A stretch of 64,000 bases of DNA from Eledone cirrhosa. Lineage: Eukaryota. Location: positions 81,840,001-81,904,000 of the forward strand of contig OZ024745.1 in the NCBI GenBank assembly GCA_964016885.1, in the 5' to 3' direction. This document shows positions 13,900-27,699 of this stretch, one piece after another. Both the position numbers and the translations under genes were made by a program. Numbering within the stretch: position 1 is the first letter of the stretch; each line of letters begins with the position of its first letter. The notes under the pieces are model-generated. The model searched no databases, was not told the origin of the DNA, and was given only the letters and a program-made list of their open reading frames with translations.

Positions 13900-14700
13900 T
13901 GCCTGTTAAATAAACTCTATCTTTTATTGGTTGGATAATATTTATCGATTAAATTGAAGACATTTTAGCTATACTGGATTTCACATTGAGTGCGTGGGCA
14001 AAACCTAGTTAATGTTGTCTTTTCATTTTAAAAGGTCTTGAATATGTAATTATATTGTTTGAGGTATAATCTATTTAAATCCACTGGTCTTTAGTGTGTC
14101 AGTGTAATATGGAACTGTCTTATCAAAAATGCTTTTATTAGTAGACATGTTTGATATTCTGCTAATGACAATTAAACTAAATTCTTCAAAACTATGGCTG
14201 GGTGTTATGATCCTGTATTGATGAATGTGAGCTTCTCATTGAGTTTCTAATGTAGTTTGTGTAGGTTGGTGTTAAGCTTGAGAATTGTGTCTAAGAAGAT
14301 AACTAGTGCGCTTTGTCATCAGTAGTGATTTTATTTTCTTTTGCATGAAAGTACTTTAGAATTGTATCCTTTTCTTCCTGGATTTATCTAATGTATATCT
14401 GCTAACATTATTGAAAATGGCCAACCTATCATCACTATATAGGCTGAAATTTATAGAAGTCATTTTCTTAGATAAATCAATGTTTATAAACGTTGAGCAT
14501 GTGATCTTGGCTAACTAGCTTTGTTCCTGTCAGTTTTATCCCTGACCTTGAAGGAGAAGATCTAATAAGGATTTCACTTCAACTAAGGTTGCTAACAAAT
14601 TTTATATAGTAGCTATATAATGTATTCAACCAGTGTGGTGTCATAATAGCCAGTTATTTCTGATTAGTGAATACTATAGTTGCTGGTGTTTGGAAGTTCC
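13900..14700 (-). mobile_element. Highly decayed Penelope-like element RT fragment
   Basis: The minus strand gives LYSDD (cf. LYRDD) and thumb-like remnants with many stops. Confidence 0.4.
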
Positions 14701-15780
14701 TGTGAAATATTTATTAAAAATATAATTATTGTTTTACTTAAGCAGAAACAAAATTAAGATAATTTGTAGCTTTCTCACTCTCCATCATATTGCAAACAAT
14801 ATACATATCTACCCACACATACACATTTTTGTGTCGTTGTGTCTATCATATGATAGAAAGTTTATAATTTATTTTTGTTAATTTTAAAGTTGTGTGCATA
14901 TGTGCATGTATCTGTATGTCTGCACATCTGTGTGTGTGTGTACATGTTAATGCATTTTAAACTCTTTGTTTTATGTCTTTAAACATCATATTAAATTAAT
15001 TTGAACAAAACATTTTATGAAAACATTGATTGTACTTGATCACTAAAGTGTTACATTTTTTTATATATTGAATAATTTTTTTTATCGAGATGGAATGTTT
15101 GGATAAGTAACACTTTAAATTTTTCAGTGCCATTAGGGAAGTACTTCATATTTTTACATATTTTTCAGTTTCATTAGAGAAGTGCTTCTTATTTTACGCT
15201 CTTAGATTGTAGCTGGGCATTAGAGATTCATGGATTATTTACTAGCATTTCAAATGAATCATTTTTATTTGATTTATAAAAGCTTTTATTTAATTGCTAA
15301 AAGGAATATCAATTCTATTTTCAACCTAATCATCACCATCATCATCCTTTTCAATCTGTTTTTCCATTGCTTGCATGGATTAGACAAAGTTTTAGAATTT
15401 TTCTTTCATAGGTAGCATTTGAATAAGACTAAAATTTTGCAGAAAATAGTTTTTTTTTTCTCTTCCTTTTTGAGGAACATGGATATTTTGATATTTCTCC
15501 TATATAATAAATCTTGCATTTTTGGATTTCCTTTGAAGAAGTAAACTTACATTTCTTCAATTAATTAGATTAAATTTTCAGCATATAATTGAAAGTACTT
15601 CATTTAGTTACCTCAGTTAATGCATCAGTTGAACAGAAACAGAATCTTGTGTCTAGGAGGGGAGGGAGCTTAAAGTACTTAAAATAATTTCTGGTTGTTG
15701 TATCTATGACAAGTTTAATTTCGTAATGGAGTAAAACAATTCACATTGGACTACTTGTTGAGTACAAAGTGAATCATCAC

Positions 15781-15784
<4 letters not shown>

Positions 15785-15871
<87 letters not shown>
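15785..15871. repeat. (CT)n microsatellite
   Basis: Pure CT run seen directly. Confidence 0.98.
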
Positions 15872-15875
<4 letters not shown>

Positions 15876-16648
15876 GGTAGCTTCTTTCTTTTTGAAAATT
15901 CTCATCAAATTTAGCTCTGTCTGCTTCTACTTTCCCCATGTGTTCTCTGACCAGAAATAGGAAGACCTCTAACACCTTCTGATTGTCTTTACTGATAGTT
16001 CCCCATGTCTAGCACTAACTATTCACCATGATACATTTTTGTTTATTTTTAAAGTAAATTTTCTATTACTTTGTCTTTTTATTCCTTCCCCCTTTCTTTC
16101 TCTGCCTCACTCACTAGTTGCAGAATGCTAAAAATAGATGAAATTATTGGAAAGGAAGGTGTGTTAGCCAACACATTGAGCCTTTTCAACAGGAAGTTTC
16201 TTGTGTGTTGTTATTGAAACAGCAGCCACACAACTTTTACTTCTACCTTCCCCTTTCCACAATTATAAACTTTAAAGAACTTCCTCCTAAATTTTCCTTC
16301 CTGCTCTCTATATCTCTCTATCTATCTCAGTTGTCTGCTACTCTGTCTTGCTCTTAGCTTTTTTTTCTCTATTTTTTCCTTTTTGTTTTTGTTTTTCTCT
16401 AAACTGATAGAACAAGTATTATATCTTAAGTAGCTACTGGAAATTCCCCTGCTGCTGTGGGCTTTTATTCTGACATTGGCCCAGACACACACAGCTGAGG
16501 CAGTCGCAGTAGTTGTAATAGAGATAGATACATTGAACACATGCAACAACTTTTACTGTGCCACAACTAAAAGGCTATTCTGTTTATAATCAAAACAGTT
16601 GCATATCTAGACGACATCCATAGCTGACCTCCTCTATAACTAGCCATT

Positions 16649-16870
16649 ATGTCATACGGATCCTATCGCTATGGATCATCTTCATCATCTCTAGGAGCTA
16701 ATCCGAACTCTGGTTCTACAGCTCTTGCAAATTTACATGGCAATCATGGAAATAACTATTATGGTTGTTCGGCCGGTTCCAGTTATTCCTCTCGCTCTAG
16801 TTCAACCAGCAGCCTTTCAAGTTTAAGTGGATCCACTGGTGGTACTTACTCAGGTTCCTTAGGATCTCTG
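16649..16870 (+). CDS. Candidate alternative first coding exon (74 aa, Ser/Gly/Tyr-rich, MSYGSYRYGSSSS...SLGSL)
   Basis: ATG with an in-frame TAA upstream at 16637. Protein-like composition rather than simple repeat. CTG|GTATGT donor in phase 0, the same phase as the 11905 donor. Confidence 0.6.
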
Positions 16871-17163
16871 GTATGTTAATCTTCTTGTGTGATTGGCTCA
16901 TTTCTCTAACTTCATTCTTATTGTTTACACCTGCTCAATTACTTAGTTCACAAACCTTTAACTTTTTCCTTCTTAACTGATATTTTATTTCAGTTTGTTC
17001 TATGCTTTTTTGTTTTTTTGGCATTTGTATTAAAAATATTTTTTTTTTCTACTTGTATCTGTTCTAGTTCATGTTAAATTTTCTTTGTGACTGAAAGAAA
17101 GGAATACAAAACATTTGTATGATGTAAATAAACAGCAGCAATTTGTGTGTATGTATGTATGTA

Positions 17164-17205
<42 letters not shown>

Positions 17206-17404
17206 ATATATATATATGTGTGTGTGCGCGTGTGTTTTTGAAAGTAGTTTATTAAATGTAAGTGATTATTATGCCTATTGTTTTTGAAATGCATGCTGTA
17301 ACGTTTTAGTAATATACATATTATCAGACTTTGATTTAATTAATGTTAGACTGTTTTCTGTGTTATGTTTGGACTGAAGCAAATAAATAGATTTATTTAT
17401 TTAT

Positions 17405-18380
17405 TATTACTACTATTATTATCTTGTCTGAGTTGGGAATCAAGTATCAGCTGTGCACAACTGTGGACCAAGCTGGTATATTTTGTTCATGATTCAAGGA
17501 CTCTGCTGAGTATCTGAACAGTCCAAAATTGACTCCAATCTTCTCCATTCACTTAGGAAGTTTAGTTCTTGTACTACCCAGAACAACTACAACAATGGGA
17601 ATAACTTCCACTTTCTTCATTGCCCACAACTTTTATAATTCCTATTTTAAGTTGTCATAGTATTCCAGCTTTTCTTCTTTTGTCTATTTTCTCTATTGTC
17701 TCTATTTTCTCTATTGTCTCCAGGACATGTCATATCTATATTTATACAGGTTCTATCATTGTGGTTTATTGCCACAATGTCTAGTTTCCCGTGGAGAACT
17801 TCATGGTTGCAATCAATTATGACATCCAATAGGATTTTGTATTTGTTATTTTTAATCACACCTTCAGGGGTTTACCCATACCATGCCTCTGTCCTCTCCA
17901 ACTTGTACTGACCACCTAGTTCCCAATGTGTGATTCTTATGACATTGTCATGTCTCCTTTTATATTCTCTCTGCACCAGATTCATACACTCGCTAACAAT
18001 ATGCCACATAGTTTCTCCTTTTCACCACACATCCTACACTTATCCCTATCAGTTGTATAATCTATTTTATACTTCTAGTTTGTCCTGAGTGCTTGCTCCT
18101 GTGCAGCACAAATCAGTGCTTCAATTTCTGGTTTCACACTTTCACCTCCAACCACATCAGTTTTTCTGCTCACATCTTTTGTAAATTGACCATGCACCCC
18201 CTTTTCTTCCCATCTACTTTCATGTTCATCACTGTTTCTTCTTTTCAATATCAGACTATTCCACATTACAATATGTGCCAACATCAATTAAAGGTGGTTC
18301 TGTTGCATGTTTTATGTACCATCCAAGATTATTTTCCTTTGAATTCAAACAACCTCCACAGCTTATCAGCCTGCTTCCAA
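17405..18380 (-). mobile_element. R4/Dong-clade LINE 3' fragment with a restriction-like endonuclease
   Basis: Minus-strand EALICAAQEQALRTN, zinc knuckle CRMC..GETMWHIVSEC, RRHDN and LDIV...ID..CPGD. Ends at a TAA-rich tract near 17400. Confidence 0.8.
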
Positions 18381-18599
18381 TTTTGTTTTTAAGTACAGCT
18401 TATCAACATTATTTTGATGGACCGGAAGTGTATTTGCTAACGGTCTAAAATATGATACATAATTTGGAGAATCCATTGAGATAAGTTCAAGTTTATTATT
18501 ATTATTCATATCTCCAAGAATTTTCAGTTCCCATGAGATTTGTACATATTTATATATGTGACATGTATATATGTATATATATGTGACATGTATATAAAA

Positions 18600-18797
18600 T
18601 GAACGATCGACTTTCGTCAAATCAGACCGAGGAAACAATGTTTCCGTTGGTCTTTCCAATTGCTAATACTATCTATCGGTCGCAACTCCAGGTAGAATGA
18701 GCAACGTGAAATAAACTGTCTTGCTCAAGGATATAACACATCGTCTGGTCCGGGAATCGAACTCACAACCTCACGATTGCGAATCCAATTCTCTAAC
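18600..18797 (-). mobile_element. tRNA-derived SINE
   Basis: Minus-strand GGCGTGTGGCTGAGTGGTTAGAG A-box and GTTCGATTCC B-box, followed by CCTTGAGCAAGACAG body. Confidence 0.75.
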
Positions 18798-18977
18798 CAC
18801 TCAGCCACACGCCTTCACATGTATATATGTATGTATATATATGTATGTATGTGTATGTATATGTGATGTGAATGTTAATATTTAAATTTGTGCGTATAGC
18901 CATATTTCCTTCTCACTGTACACCACGTTTGGTATACATGCCCGACGCTGTACAATAACCGCTCCCTTATGAATATA

Positions 18978-21291
18978 TTATCGAACAGACAAGGGGTGGA
19001 CGGAGACTCCGTAAGCCGTAGTGTAGGCAACCCGTCTAGGAGAGCTACCACTCCGAATAAATTGGTGATGGGTAGAGAAATCCCCTAAGTCCAGTAAGAC
19101 AACTTCCCTAGCACTCAGTCCATGCTGTAAAATGGAGGGGTAAAGAGGGCCCTGAGTCCAGTAAGACAACCTCTTTAGTGCTGGTGGCATGAATAAAAGC
19201 ACCCAGTCCATGCAGTAAAATGGAGGGGTGGATAGGGCCCCTGAGTCCAGTAAGACAATCTCTCTAGTGCTGGTGGCACGATTAAAAGCACCCAGTCCAT
19301 GCTGTAAAGTGGTGCTGGTGTTAGGAAGGGTATCCAACCAGTATATATACTACTGCCAAACACTATGAACACAACGATTGAAATTTGCAACTGCGTAAAC
19401 AGCAATAACACTAACCATGTTAGGGCTGCCCACGGTAGTGGGGTGGCTGGTGCGGCCATGTGCGAGAACCCCCCAACCGTCATCAAGCAATCGCACAAAA
19501 ACAACTGCGTAAACAGCAATAACACTAACCATGTTAGGGCTGCGCATGGTAGTAGGGTGGTTAGTGGGGCTATGTGTGAGAACCCCCATGACCGTCATCA
19601 AGCAATCGCTCAACAAGAAAAAGAACGAGACGTCGCATCTCAGAGTTGCCACACTTAATGTTGACACTCTAACAGATAGATCTGGTGAGATAGTGGAGAT
19701 GCTGGAGAGAAGGTATGTGTGCTGTGTGCAAGAGGTGAGATGGAGAGGTGCCTCTGCAAGACTAATCGCAGGCAAACATCGTAGTTATAAGCTTTTCTGG
19801 GTGGGTAATGATGATGGGTTAGGTGGGGTGGCCATATTACTAGCTGAAAGGTGGATCAATAAGACAATAGAGGTAGTTAGAGTTAGTGATAGAATAATTA
19901 AGCTTAGATTAGTTGTAGGCAAGAGACTACTGACAATCCTCTCTGCCTATGCTCCCCAGGCAGGCCTAGGTAAAGAAGAGAAAGACTGCTTTTACGAGCA
20001 ACTTTTACAAACAGCCTCAATGACAGAGGGCAGAGACATCATTATGTTAGCAGGGGACTTCAATGGACATATTGGACAGCTCCAGGATGGATATACTGGG
20101 GTACATGGTGGGTACGGTTACGGCTCAAGAAATGGAAGAGTGAGGCTTCTTGAATTTTGTGATCCAAATGCACTAACCATTTGCAACACTAACTTCCAGA
20201 AGCCTACCAACCACCTAATAACCTACAAATCAGGTGAGCACATAAGCCAGATTGACTTCCTGCTAGTTAGACAGTGAGACAGACAGATGGTGTCAAATAC
20301 TAAGGCATACCCTGGGGAAGAATGTACTCCACAGCATAGGTTAGTCGTTAGTGACATCTCAGTAAGCATGAGAAAGAATGAGACATACAGGAAGGTGTGG
20401 AAAAGAAAGGTCTGGATGCTAAAAGACCTTTCATTAAAATATAAATTTAGCAAAGCCCTTCAAGATGTGTATGATGAAAAAGAAGACAATTTAGAGTTGT
20501 ATGACATAGATGATAATTGGACTTTCTTACTTGACAACTTACTGCAGGCTACTGAAGAAACTTGTAGCAGGGAAGGCTTGGAAAAATGGTGGGAGTAGGG
20601 AAGGATACACAGCTGCTAGGAGAGAAGCTAGATGTCAGGTGTACTTAGCACGCAGATAGGCTGAGAGTAGGGGGTTTGCCAATGTTCTGCGACGGGAAGA
20701 TCAGAGACGTGCAGTGTTCCGCATTGCAAGGCAGTGTGTCAGTGCAAATCAGGATGTTGTTGGAGATAAATGTGTCCGGAATGATGCCGGTGTACTTAGT
20801 GTCACGAATGATCAAAAAAAAGGAGGCCTGGAAATGTCACTATGAGGGACTGATAAATGTGGAGAATGAATGGAACAGAGAGAAATTACCCCCAGTAGAC
20901 CCAACAGAGGGACCAGCTATTGAGATTGACGATTATAGAGTACAAGAGGCAATTAAAGAAATGAAGAATGGCATTAAACTGGTTGCACGCATCATCAATC
21001 AAATTATATCTGGTGATGTCATACCCAAAGACCAGTGCAGCAGTATTCTCATAAATTGCTACAAAGGTAAAGGGGATGCTCTAGAGAGGAGCAATTATAG
21101 GGGCATAAAGCTTATGGATCAGGTTATGAAAGTGGCAGAGAGAATATTAGCGCAACTGATTAGAGAAAGCGTCAAATTAGATGAGATGCAGTTTGGTTTT
21201 GTGCCTCGGAAAAGTACAACAGATGCTCTCTTCTTAGTGTGGCAACTACAAGAGAAGTTTTTAGAGAATAATAAGCCACTATACTTAGCTT
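18978..21291 (+). mobile_element. Degenerate RTE LINE (5' UTR, APE endonuclease, N-terminal RT), truncated at its 3' side
   Basis: ORF pieces at 19531, 20287 and 20676: VATLNV, CVQEVRW, SAYAPQ, AGDFNGH, YKGKGD..NYRGI, QFGF. Stops and frameshifts present. 5' motif GGCAACCCGTCTAGGAG. Ends abruptly in a MITE half. Confidence 0.92.
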
Positions 21292-21420
21292 AATATCGAA
21301 TCTATGAGATTTTGATATTTATTTTGAGAATAATAACTTAACATCAGTTTGAGTGGCCAGTTACGGCCAGTTCGAACTGAAAGAGGTGAGAGAATACTGG
21401 CCGGGTTAAATGCTAAAGGG
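21291..21420. mobile_element. Right half of a piggyBac-like MITE
   Basis: Ends ...AATGCTAAAGGG|TTAA and is homologous to 26772-26986 and 45692-45901. Confidence 0.7.
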
Positions 21421-23489
21421 TTAAGTCAGTTTTTGAAATATATTCTAAATGATTAGAAGCCAAAAGAATGTGTGTAAAAAATTGTTTTATCCATACACTT
21501 TTCAGTTTTAAAAGACTTTCATCAGAGAATCACTATTTCCACACCAGGAACTTTTTAGCATTAGTTAATGGTCGAAGTTTGAAAAAGCACAAGTTGAAGT
21601 CATCCTAAAAGCTGTTAGAATTTAGTATATATTTTTCTTTTCCTCTCGTAAGTGCGAGATTTCAGAATTTGAAAAGTAGTATCCATATATGTTATAGAAA
21701 ATTTTTTAGTGTTGATTAACAATCAAACAAGCGAAATCCTAAGTAGATCTTTTCCTTCCAAAGTCAGTGACAAAACTAGCTACGACAGAATTAGTTAGCC
21801 AGGATTATGTGCTCAATGTCCAGGCATGCTCCATGAAGAAATATATTTCATGTATATAAGTATATTTGTTGTTAGAAAAAGAAAAGAATTGTTTGGGCTT
21901 CTAATCATTTATAATCATTACATATGAACATGGCACAGATGTTATGCCGAGTTATCTCTGTAGGTTTGAAAGTAAAATTTTAACTCAAGTGCACACTATA
22001 ATACAGTATTATTTTCAAAAAAATATTCATGCCATCTTTGTATGTACCATGAGAGACTCTGCGTGGTTGCTTGACTTTCTAACAGTAACAAGTAAATTTT
22101 GCAGGAATCACTTCCTGTCATCTAAAAGAAATCCGTACATAATCAGAAGACTTTTCCTATAGAGCTTAACAACAACCGTCATTGATTTGTGCAATTTCAG
22201 AAGTATGCTTTTTTTTTTATTTTGCTAGTTAATCAAATATCACTATCTTTTTTTTTTTCTTTTCTTTTTTTTTTTTTGTTAATGCTGGCATGAAACTGAC
22301 TTTTTGAAGCAGAATTCTATGGCTAAATGCCATTTATCACTTTTTTTTTCTTGAAAGTAAGATACTGATATAGATCAGTATCTTACTTTATATGTAACTG
22401 GTGATTGGCAGCCAGACCTCTGTTTACATGGGACATAAACAGATATTACCACCTCATTAACAATATCAGATATGAAGCAGAGACTGTATCAAACACACAC
22501 ATATACTCACACACGCTTTCTCTCTCTCACACATTTTATCATGACTCGAGTACAAGTGGCTGTTGTGTCCTTGTCAAGATGGTGTCTCCTTCTACCTTAT
22601 GTTATTAAATTATCTCCCTTCCTTTGTTCACCAGTTGCAGAGGCCTGTCTTGACCCTAATGACGAAGAGTGAGGGGATGATATAGGGGAGGGTAATGAGA
22701 CAAGAGGGTGATAAAGGAGGAGAGAAAGAGACAGCAACACAATTATTGTTGGTATTGGAATTGAATAAAAACAGCATGAGAAGGATGATGAAAGTAGAAA
22801 GAGTGATAAGAGGGAGGCAGGAGGAAAGAGGGAGTACTACTGGAAATGTGTGTGTGTAATGGGTTCTAGTGTGTAATAGCCAGTACTTATCAAGACCTGT
22901 ATCCTTTGCCCCTTGACTGCCTCTTTTCTCTTGACAATCTGGAAGTATGCAACATGCCTGAGGAAGGAGCCCTGTGAGGTGGAATGGCTGATGCTGCAGT
23001 TGTCACTGGCTGTTCTCTGTTGCAATGATTTCAATCATCTTCCATGAGCTGTGTCTGTCCTCCTCTTCTGCCTTCCTACTTTTCCATCTATTTGATTTTT
23101 TCTCTCTTTTTTCCTGTTTATTATTATGTGAAATAAAGAAATATACTTTACTTAGAAAATGCAACTTAGTGTTCTGAGTGCTTTTTATCATGGCAGTAAC
23201 CCTTGGAAGGGTGAAGGGAGAGAGTAATGGGGGAGGAATTTTGCTTTCAAAACCTTTATTGCTTATCAGCATTGATAGCACTTTACAAAATACCATCACA
23301 GTTGATCCCTTTCACCATTTTAGTATTGTATAACTCATTATCTTTCTAAAGCTTTAGATGCCAGTTTCATGTGTGTAAATATTCTTATGAAGTTGGTTCT
23401 GTACAACATTTCTATTCATTTGTTATTTCTTTGCAATGAATAATCATTGGTTACATTCTTATTAATGATGTATTTATGAACATGAATGC

Positions 23490-24740
23490 CATTATTATAA
23501 TAATAATAATAATAATGAAATTATTGTGTACAGTGCTCAGGTGCACTACAACTCATCAAAGGTGCATGTATAGTACATAGAATAATGTACAAATGTCAGG
23601 AAAATAAACAGTGTATGAGTCATGATATAATAACAATAACGAAATATTGTGCACAGTGCCCAGGTGCACCACAACTCATCAAAAAAGTGCATGTACAGTA
23701 CATAGGGCAATGCACAAACATCAGTAAAATGAACAAACATCAGTAAAATGAACAGTGCACGAGTCATGATACACACATGTGTGCATGTGCATGGAAGGGG
23801 TACATCAGGTGTAGTTTTGGCGTATTTTGGGAAGCATGAGTGTCTTAAAGGATGCAGTGTCTCGGCAGCTAACAATTGACGCAGGCAGTTTGTTCCATGC
23901 TTCAGCAACTCTGAGCGTGAAAAAATGTCTGCGAAAGTCATGGGAGCTGTGCTGTTTTCTTATCTTGTAGGCATGTCCACGTGTGTTAGACACATGGAGA
24001 TCAAAGAGGCGCTCAGGGTTGCAGTTGGCGAGATGGTTAAAAACTTTGTGGGTATTCACCAAGTCCATTGCCAGACGTCGGAGCTTCAATGAATCCATGC
24101 CCAGGGAAGCAAGGCGTTCAGAGTATGGTAGGTGTCTGATGGAGGGTATGCGCTTGGTTGCACGTCTCTGAACAGTTTCCAGGAGGTCAATGTTCCGAGC
24201 AAGATAGGGGTTCCAGACTGATGATGCGAATTCCAAGTGTGGTCGCACCATAGCTGTATACAGTTTTAAATAGATGGCTGGAGAGCGGCTAACAAAGGTC
24301 TTGCTGAGTGATGCCAAGACACCCTCGGCCTTCTTGACAATCTTAGAGACATGCTTTGTCCAACGCAAATCGTTGCTGACAGTAATGCCCAGGTCACGTT
24401 CACAAGAGGACTTTTTGATGTCAGTGTTGTGGAGGGAGTATGTGGACGCTGGATTTTTCCTTCCAAAATGCATGGTGGTACACTTGTCCACAGCCAGCTT
24501 CAGTTGCCAGTCTGTGATCCATTGCTGCATTGTGTCCAGGTCTGATTGTAGGAAAGAGTTGTAAATTTCAGGATCAGTCCTTTTGATTTCAAGGTACAGC
24601 TTGATGTCATCTGCATATTTTAGTACCGTGGTATTCTGTAAGTTGGCATCTATGTCATTAATATATGCCACAAACAAAAGAGGACCAAGAACAGATCCCT
24701 GCGGTACACCAGATGACATCTCATATGGTGAAGAATGTTG
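23490..24740 (-). mobile_element. 5'-truncated CR1-clade LINE with an unbroken 304-codon RT C-terminal ORF (23805-24719)
   Basis: SGVPQGSVLGPLLF, YADDIKLY, ERDLG, RPHLEFASSVWNPY, NTRGH..K. The 3' UTR has a ~120-bp duplication and an (ATT)n tail. Confidence 0.92.
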
Positions 24741-26209
24741 ATTTCACCTTATGCTTATAACCTTAATAAACACTTCCAAAAGTATTTGGCTGTTTTGCCT
24801 TTTTTACTTGCTACCTAAACCATTCTTATAGTACACTGACACACATGTACACACTGATGTAATATATAGTTTATGGCTGTGGTGAGTCTTGTTACACTGG
24901 AGTTTCACCACTTAGCCATAATAAAGAACATTTGAACTCTACTTCAGCATTGGGTACTCATTCTCATGTCTATCAATATCGCACATACAATGTGAACTCC
25001 TGGCCTGTCTAGAAGGTCAGTAATCCTGCTTCAGTACTGAATTAGTCTGTGAAGACCCATTCTATATTTTATAGGGGTCTCTCACCACTCTAATTTTAAT
25101 ATGAAAGAAAGATAGGTGAGGAGCAGTACATGGAATTAGTAATTTACAGGAGCAGTGGCCATTTTAATAACAGTACAAGCTGAAGAAAGTAGAGAGAGAG
25201 AGAGAAGTCATAGTTTTTATTATGATACTGTTTTGTTTCTTCTATTTTTAAATCTTTTTTTTTTGTAACATTGGCAAAGCAGTCTTGATATTTTTTTAAG
25301 CTTTCATTTTGTTTAGCATTTTCTTTTAAAGTTAGCTAATTCATTTATTTTGGAAACTGTTCAAAGTATGATAGATTTAGCAATTTCATGGGTAAGGTGG
25401 GGATTGGGGAGGTTTAGAAAGACCGCAGAAAAAACTGTAACTGCTAAATTGTAGCAAGTATTTAACTATTTCAATATCAGTAAGCCGTGCTACAGAATGA
25501 ATGTTGGCCCTACCATCGTCATATGATAACTGATAAGAATATATATTAACTGGTTTGAAATTGTTCCAAGATATCTTTAACTTCATTATAGTCATATTTG
25601 TTGTCTCTTCAAACATGGTCATGCTTGAAATCTACTTTATCACTCCTTGTCTTAGTTTTCCTCTTTTAATGGAATCAGTTAATGGAATAACTGTTTACCA
25701 TTTTGTAGTATGGATTGAGGTATTAAATTCAATGTTTTTCGGTGTTCTGAATTCAAATCGTACCACGGTCAACTTCACCTTTCATCATTTCAGAGTTGTT
25801 AGAGTACCAGATCAGGGCAGTGGATTAACAGAATTGTTTGAGTGTTGAACATAACTTGCACCCTTTTAAGCACTTTGCATCCTGACTTTGATGCCAAGCT
25901 ATCTTTCTCTTGGTAGACACACGTGTATCAACAACTGCAGGTCTACTGCAGAAAAACCTTGCCTAGCCTGCACCTTAGGAACTTTCCAGCTGCAGATCTA
26001 TGGTCTTACATTACATATGGAAGACCCCTGGATTGAATTAGAATTCTGAGATGCACATGAACTAACCATTTGCAACACTAACTTCAGGAAACTGGCCAGC
26101 CATTTTATCATCTATAAATCAAGCAAACGCCCAAAGATGGAGCGAGAAGGGGGGGGGGGGGGGGCACAAATATGGGCAGTTTTTACTTCTCAACCCTTTA
26201 TATGTCATC

Positions 26210-26767
26210 TCTTGGAAGCTGATAGTATATTTGCAGGATAGTTGTTACTCTGAAGGGTCTTTCTAACCTAAATCATTGTTTATTGTTCTGTGTTTTGGCT
26301 TCCATTTATTAGTTTTCTTCATTGTCTAAGGTTCCTGATGACCCCTTTAAACATAGTGTATGAATCACCTTTAGATATTGTCTGCTGAACGGGATATACA
26401 GATGTCATGAATCCAACCTCTGAGTTATTAGCATGTCCAGGAAAACAAGCTTCTTGTCTATTCTTTAGTTAAGAGTATTTAAAGTTTTAAGTTCACAAGG
26501 TCGAGAAGTACTTGTGTGTCATCCTGTTGAGGCCAGAGTATAAAAATGTCATTTAAATATCTCAGCCACTTGCTTGGCTTTAGTGGTATCCATTTTAAAG
26601 TCATATCCTCAAAGTAATCCATGTATATGTTTGCTATCAGTAAGGATAATAGGCCCATAGCTAAGTCTTCCTACTGCTGATATAGATCAGACCCCTATTT
26701 CAAATATGTTTGAACACAGAATGTCAGCATCTCTATCAAGTTATCCATTGGAATACTTGTACATTCC
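26210..26767 (-). mobile_element. Penelope-like element RT fragment
   Basis: Minus strand reads MLTFCVQTY...LAMG.LS..IANIYMDYFE...KPSKWLRYLNDIFILWP (cf. RYVDD). Confidence 0.8.
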
Positions 26768-26771
26768 CTAA

Positions 26772-26986
26772 CCCTTTAGCATTTACATTACTCTATATAT
26801 ATATACTATTATATTTTTGTGGTAAAGGCTTTACCTTACATAATTATATCACATAATATAGAATCTATGGGATTTTGATATTATTTATTTTGAGAACAAT
26901 ACCTTAACATCGTTATGAGTGGCCAGTTTGACCAGAAAGAGGTGAGAGAATTCTGGCCAGATACAGCTGGTTTAAATGCTAAAGGG
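26772..26986. mobile_element. piggyBac-like MITE
   Basis: TIRs CCCTTTAGCATTTA / TAAATGCTAAAGGG, with CTAA and TTAA flanks. Several copies occur in the window. Confidence 0.8.
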
Positions 26987-27403
26987 TTAAATGAAGAATT
27001 TGATTTCAGTTTAGTTTGTCTGAACCATCCAACTGAGATGAATTGGAGTATTTTTAATGATGACCACAAAGTGAGCAGAACTCTTTAAAGAGAATCAAGA
27101 CTTTCCTGGTTGTGGTTGATATAGTTAATTCAATTAACCCAGTATATGTATTTCATCCCTTCAACGACAGATAGTGAGATGTTTTGAAATTAGAATAAGT
27201 GTAGCAAAATGTAATTAGTCTGGTGCTCTTCTACTACTACCACCACCACTGCTACTAACATTCTATTTTTTTAAAGATGATAGGAAGGCTACAGATTTAT
27301 TTACATATATAAATTAACCATTTATTTATAAATGATAAAATAAACATTGGAAGTAAATATGTTAAAACTTCAAAAATGTTAGTTCTATATGTAAATATAG
27401 AAC

Positions 27404-27604
<201 letters not shown>

Positions 27605-27699
27605 CAGCAGAATTTAAGTGACATCAGCCAATTCAGACTGATATTCTGAATATTGAAGGTAGGATTTTCTTTTGTTATGGCCACTAAAATATTCAGAGA

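Noticed and set aside
18690-18797. tRNA gene
   Set aside because: The A and B boxes run into a SINE body and there is no complete cloverleaf.
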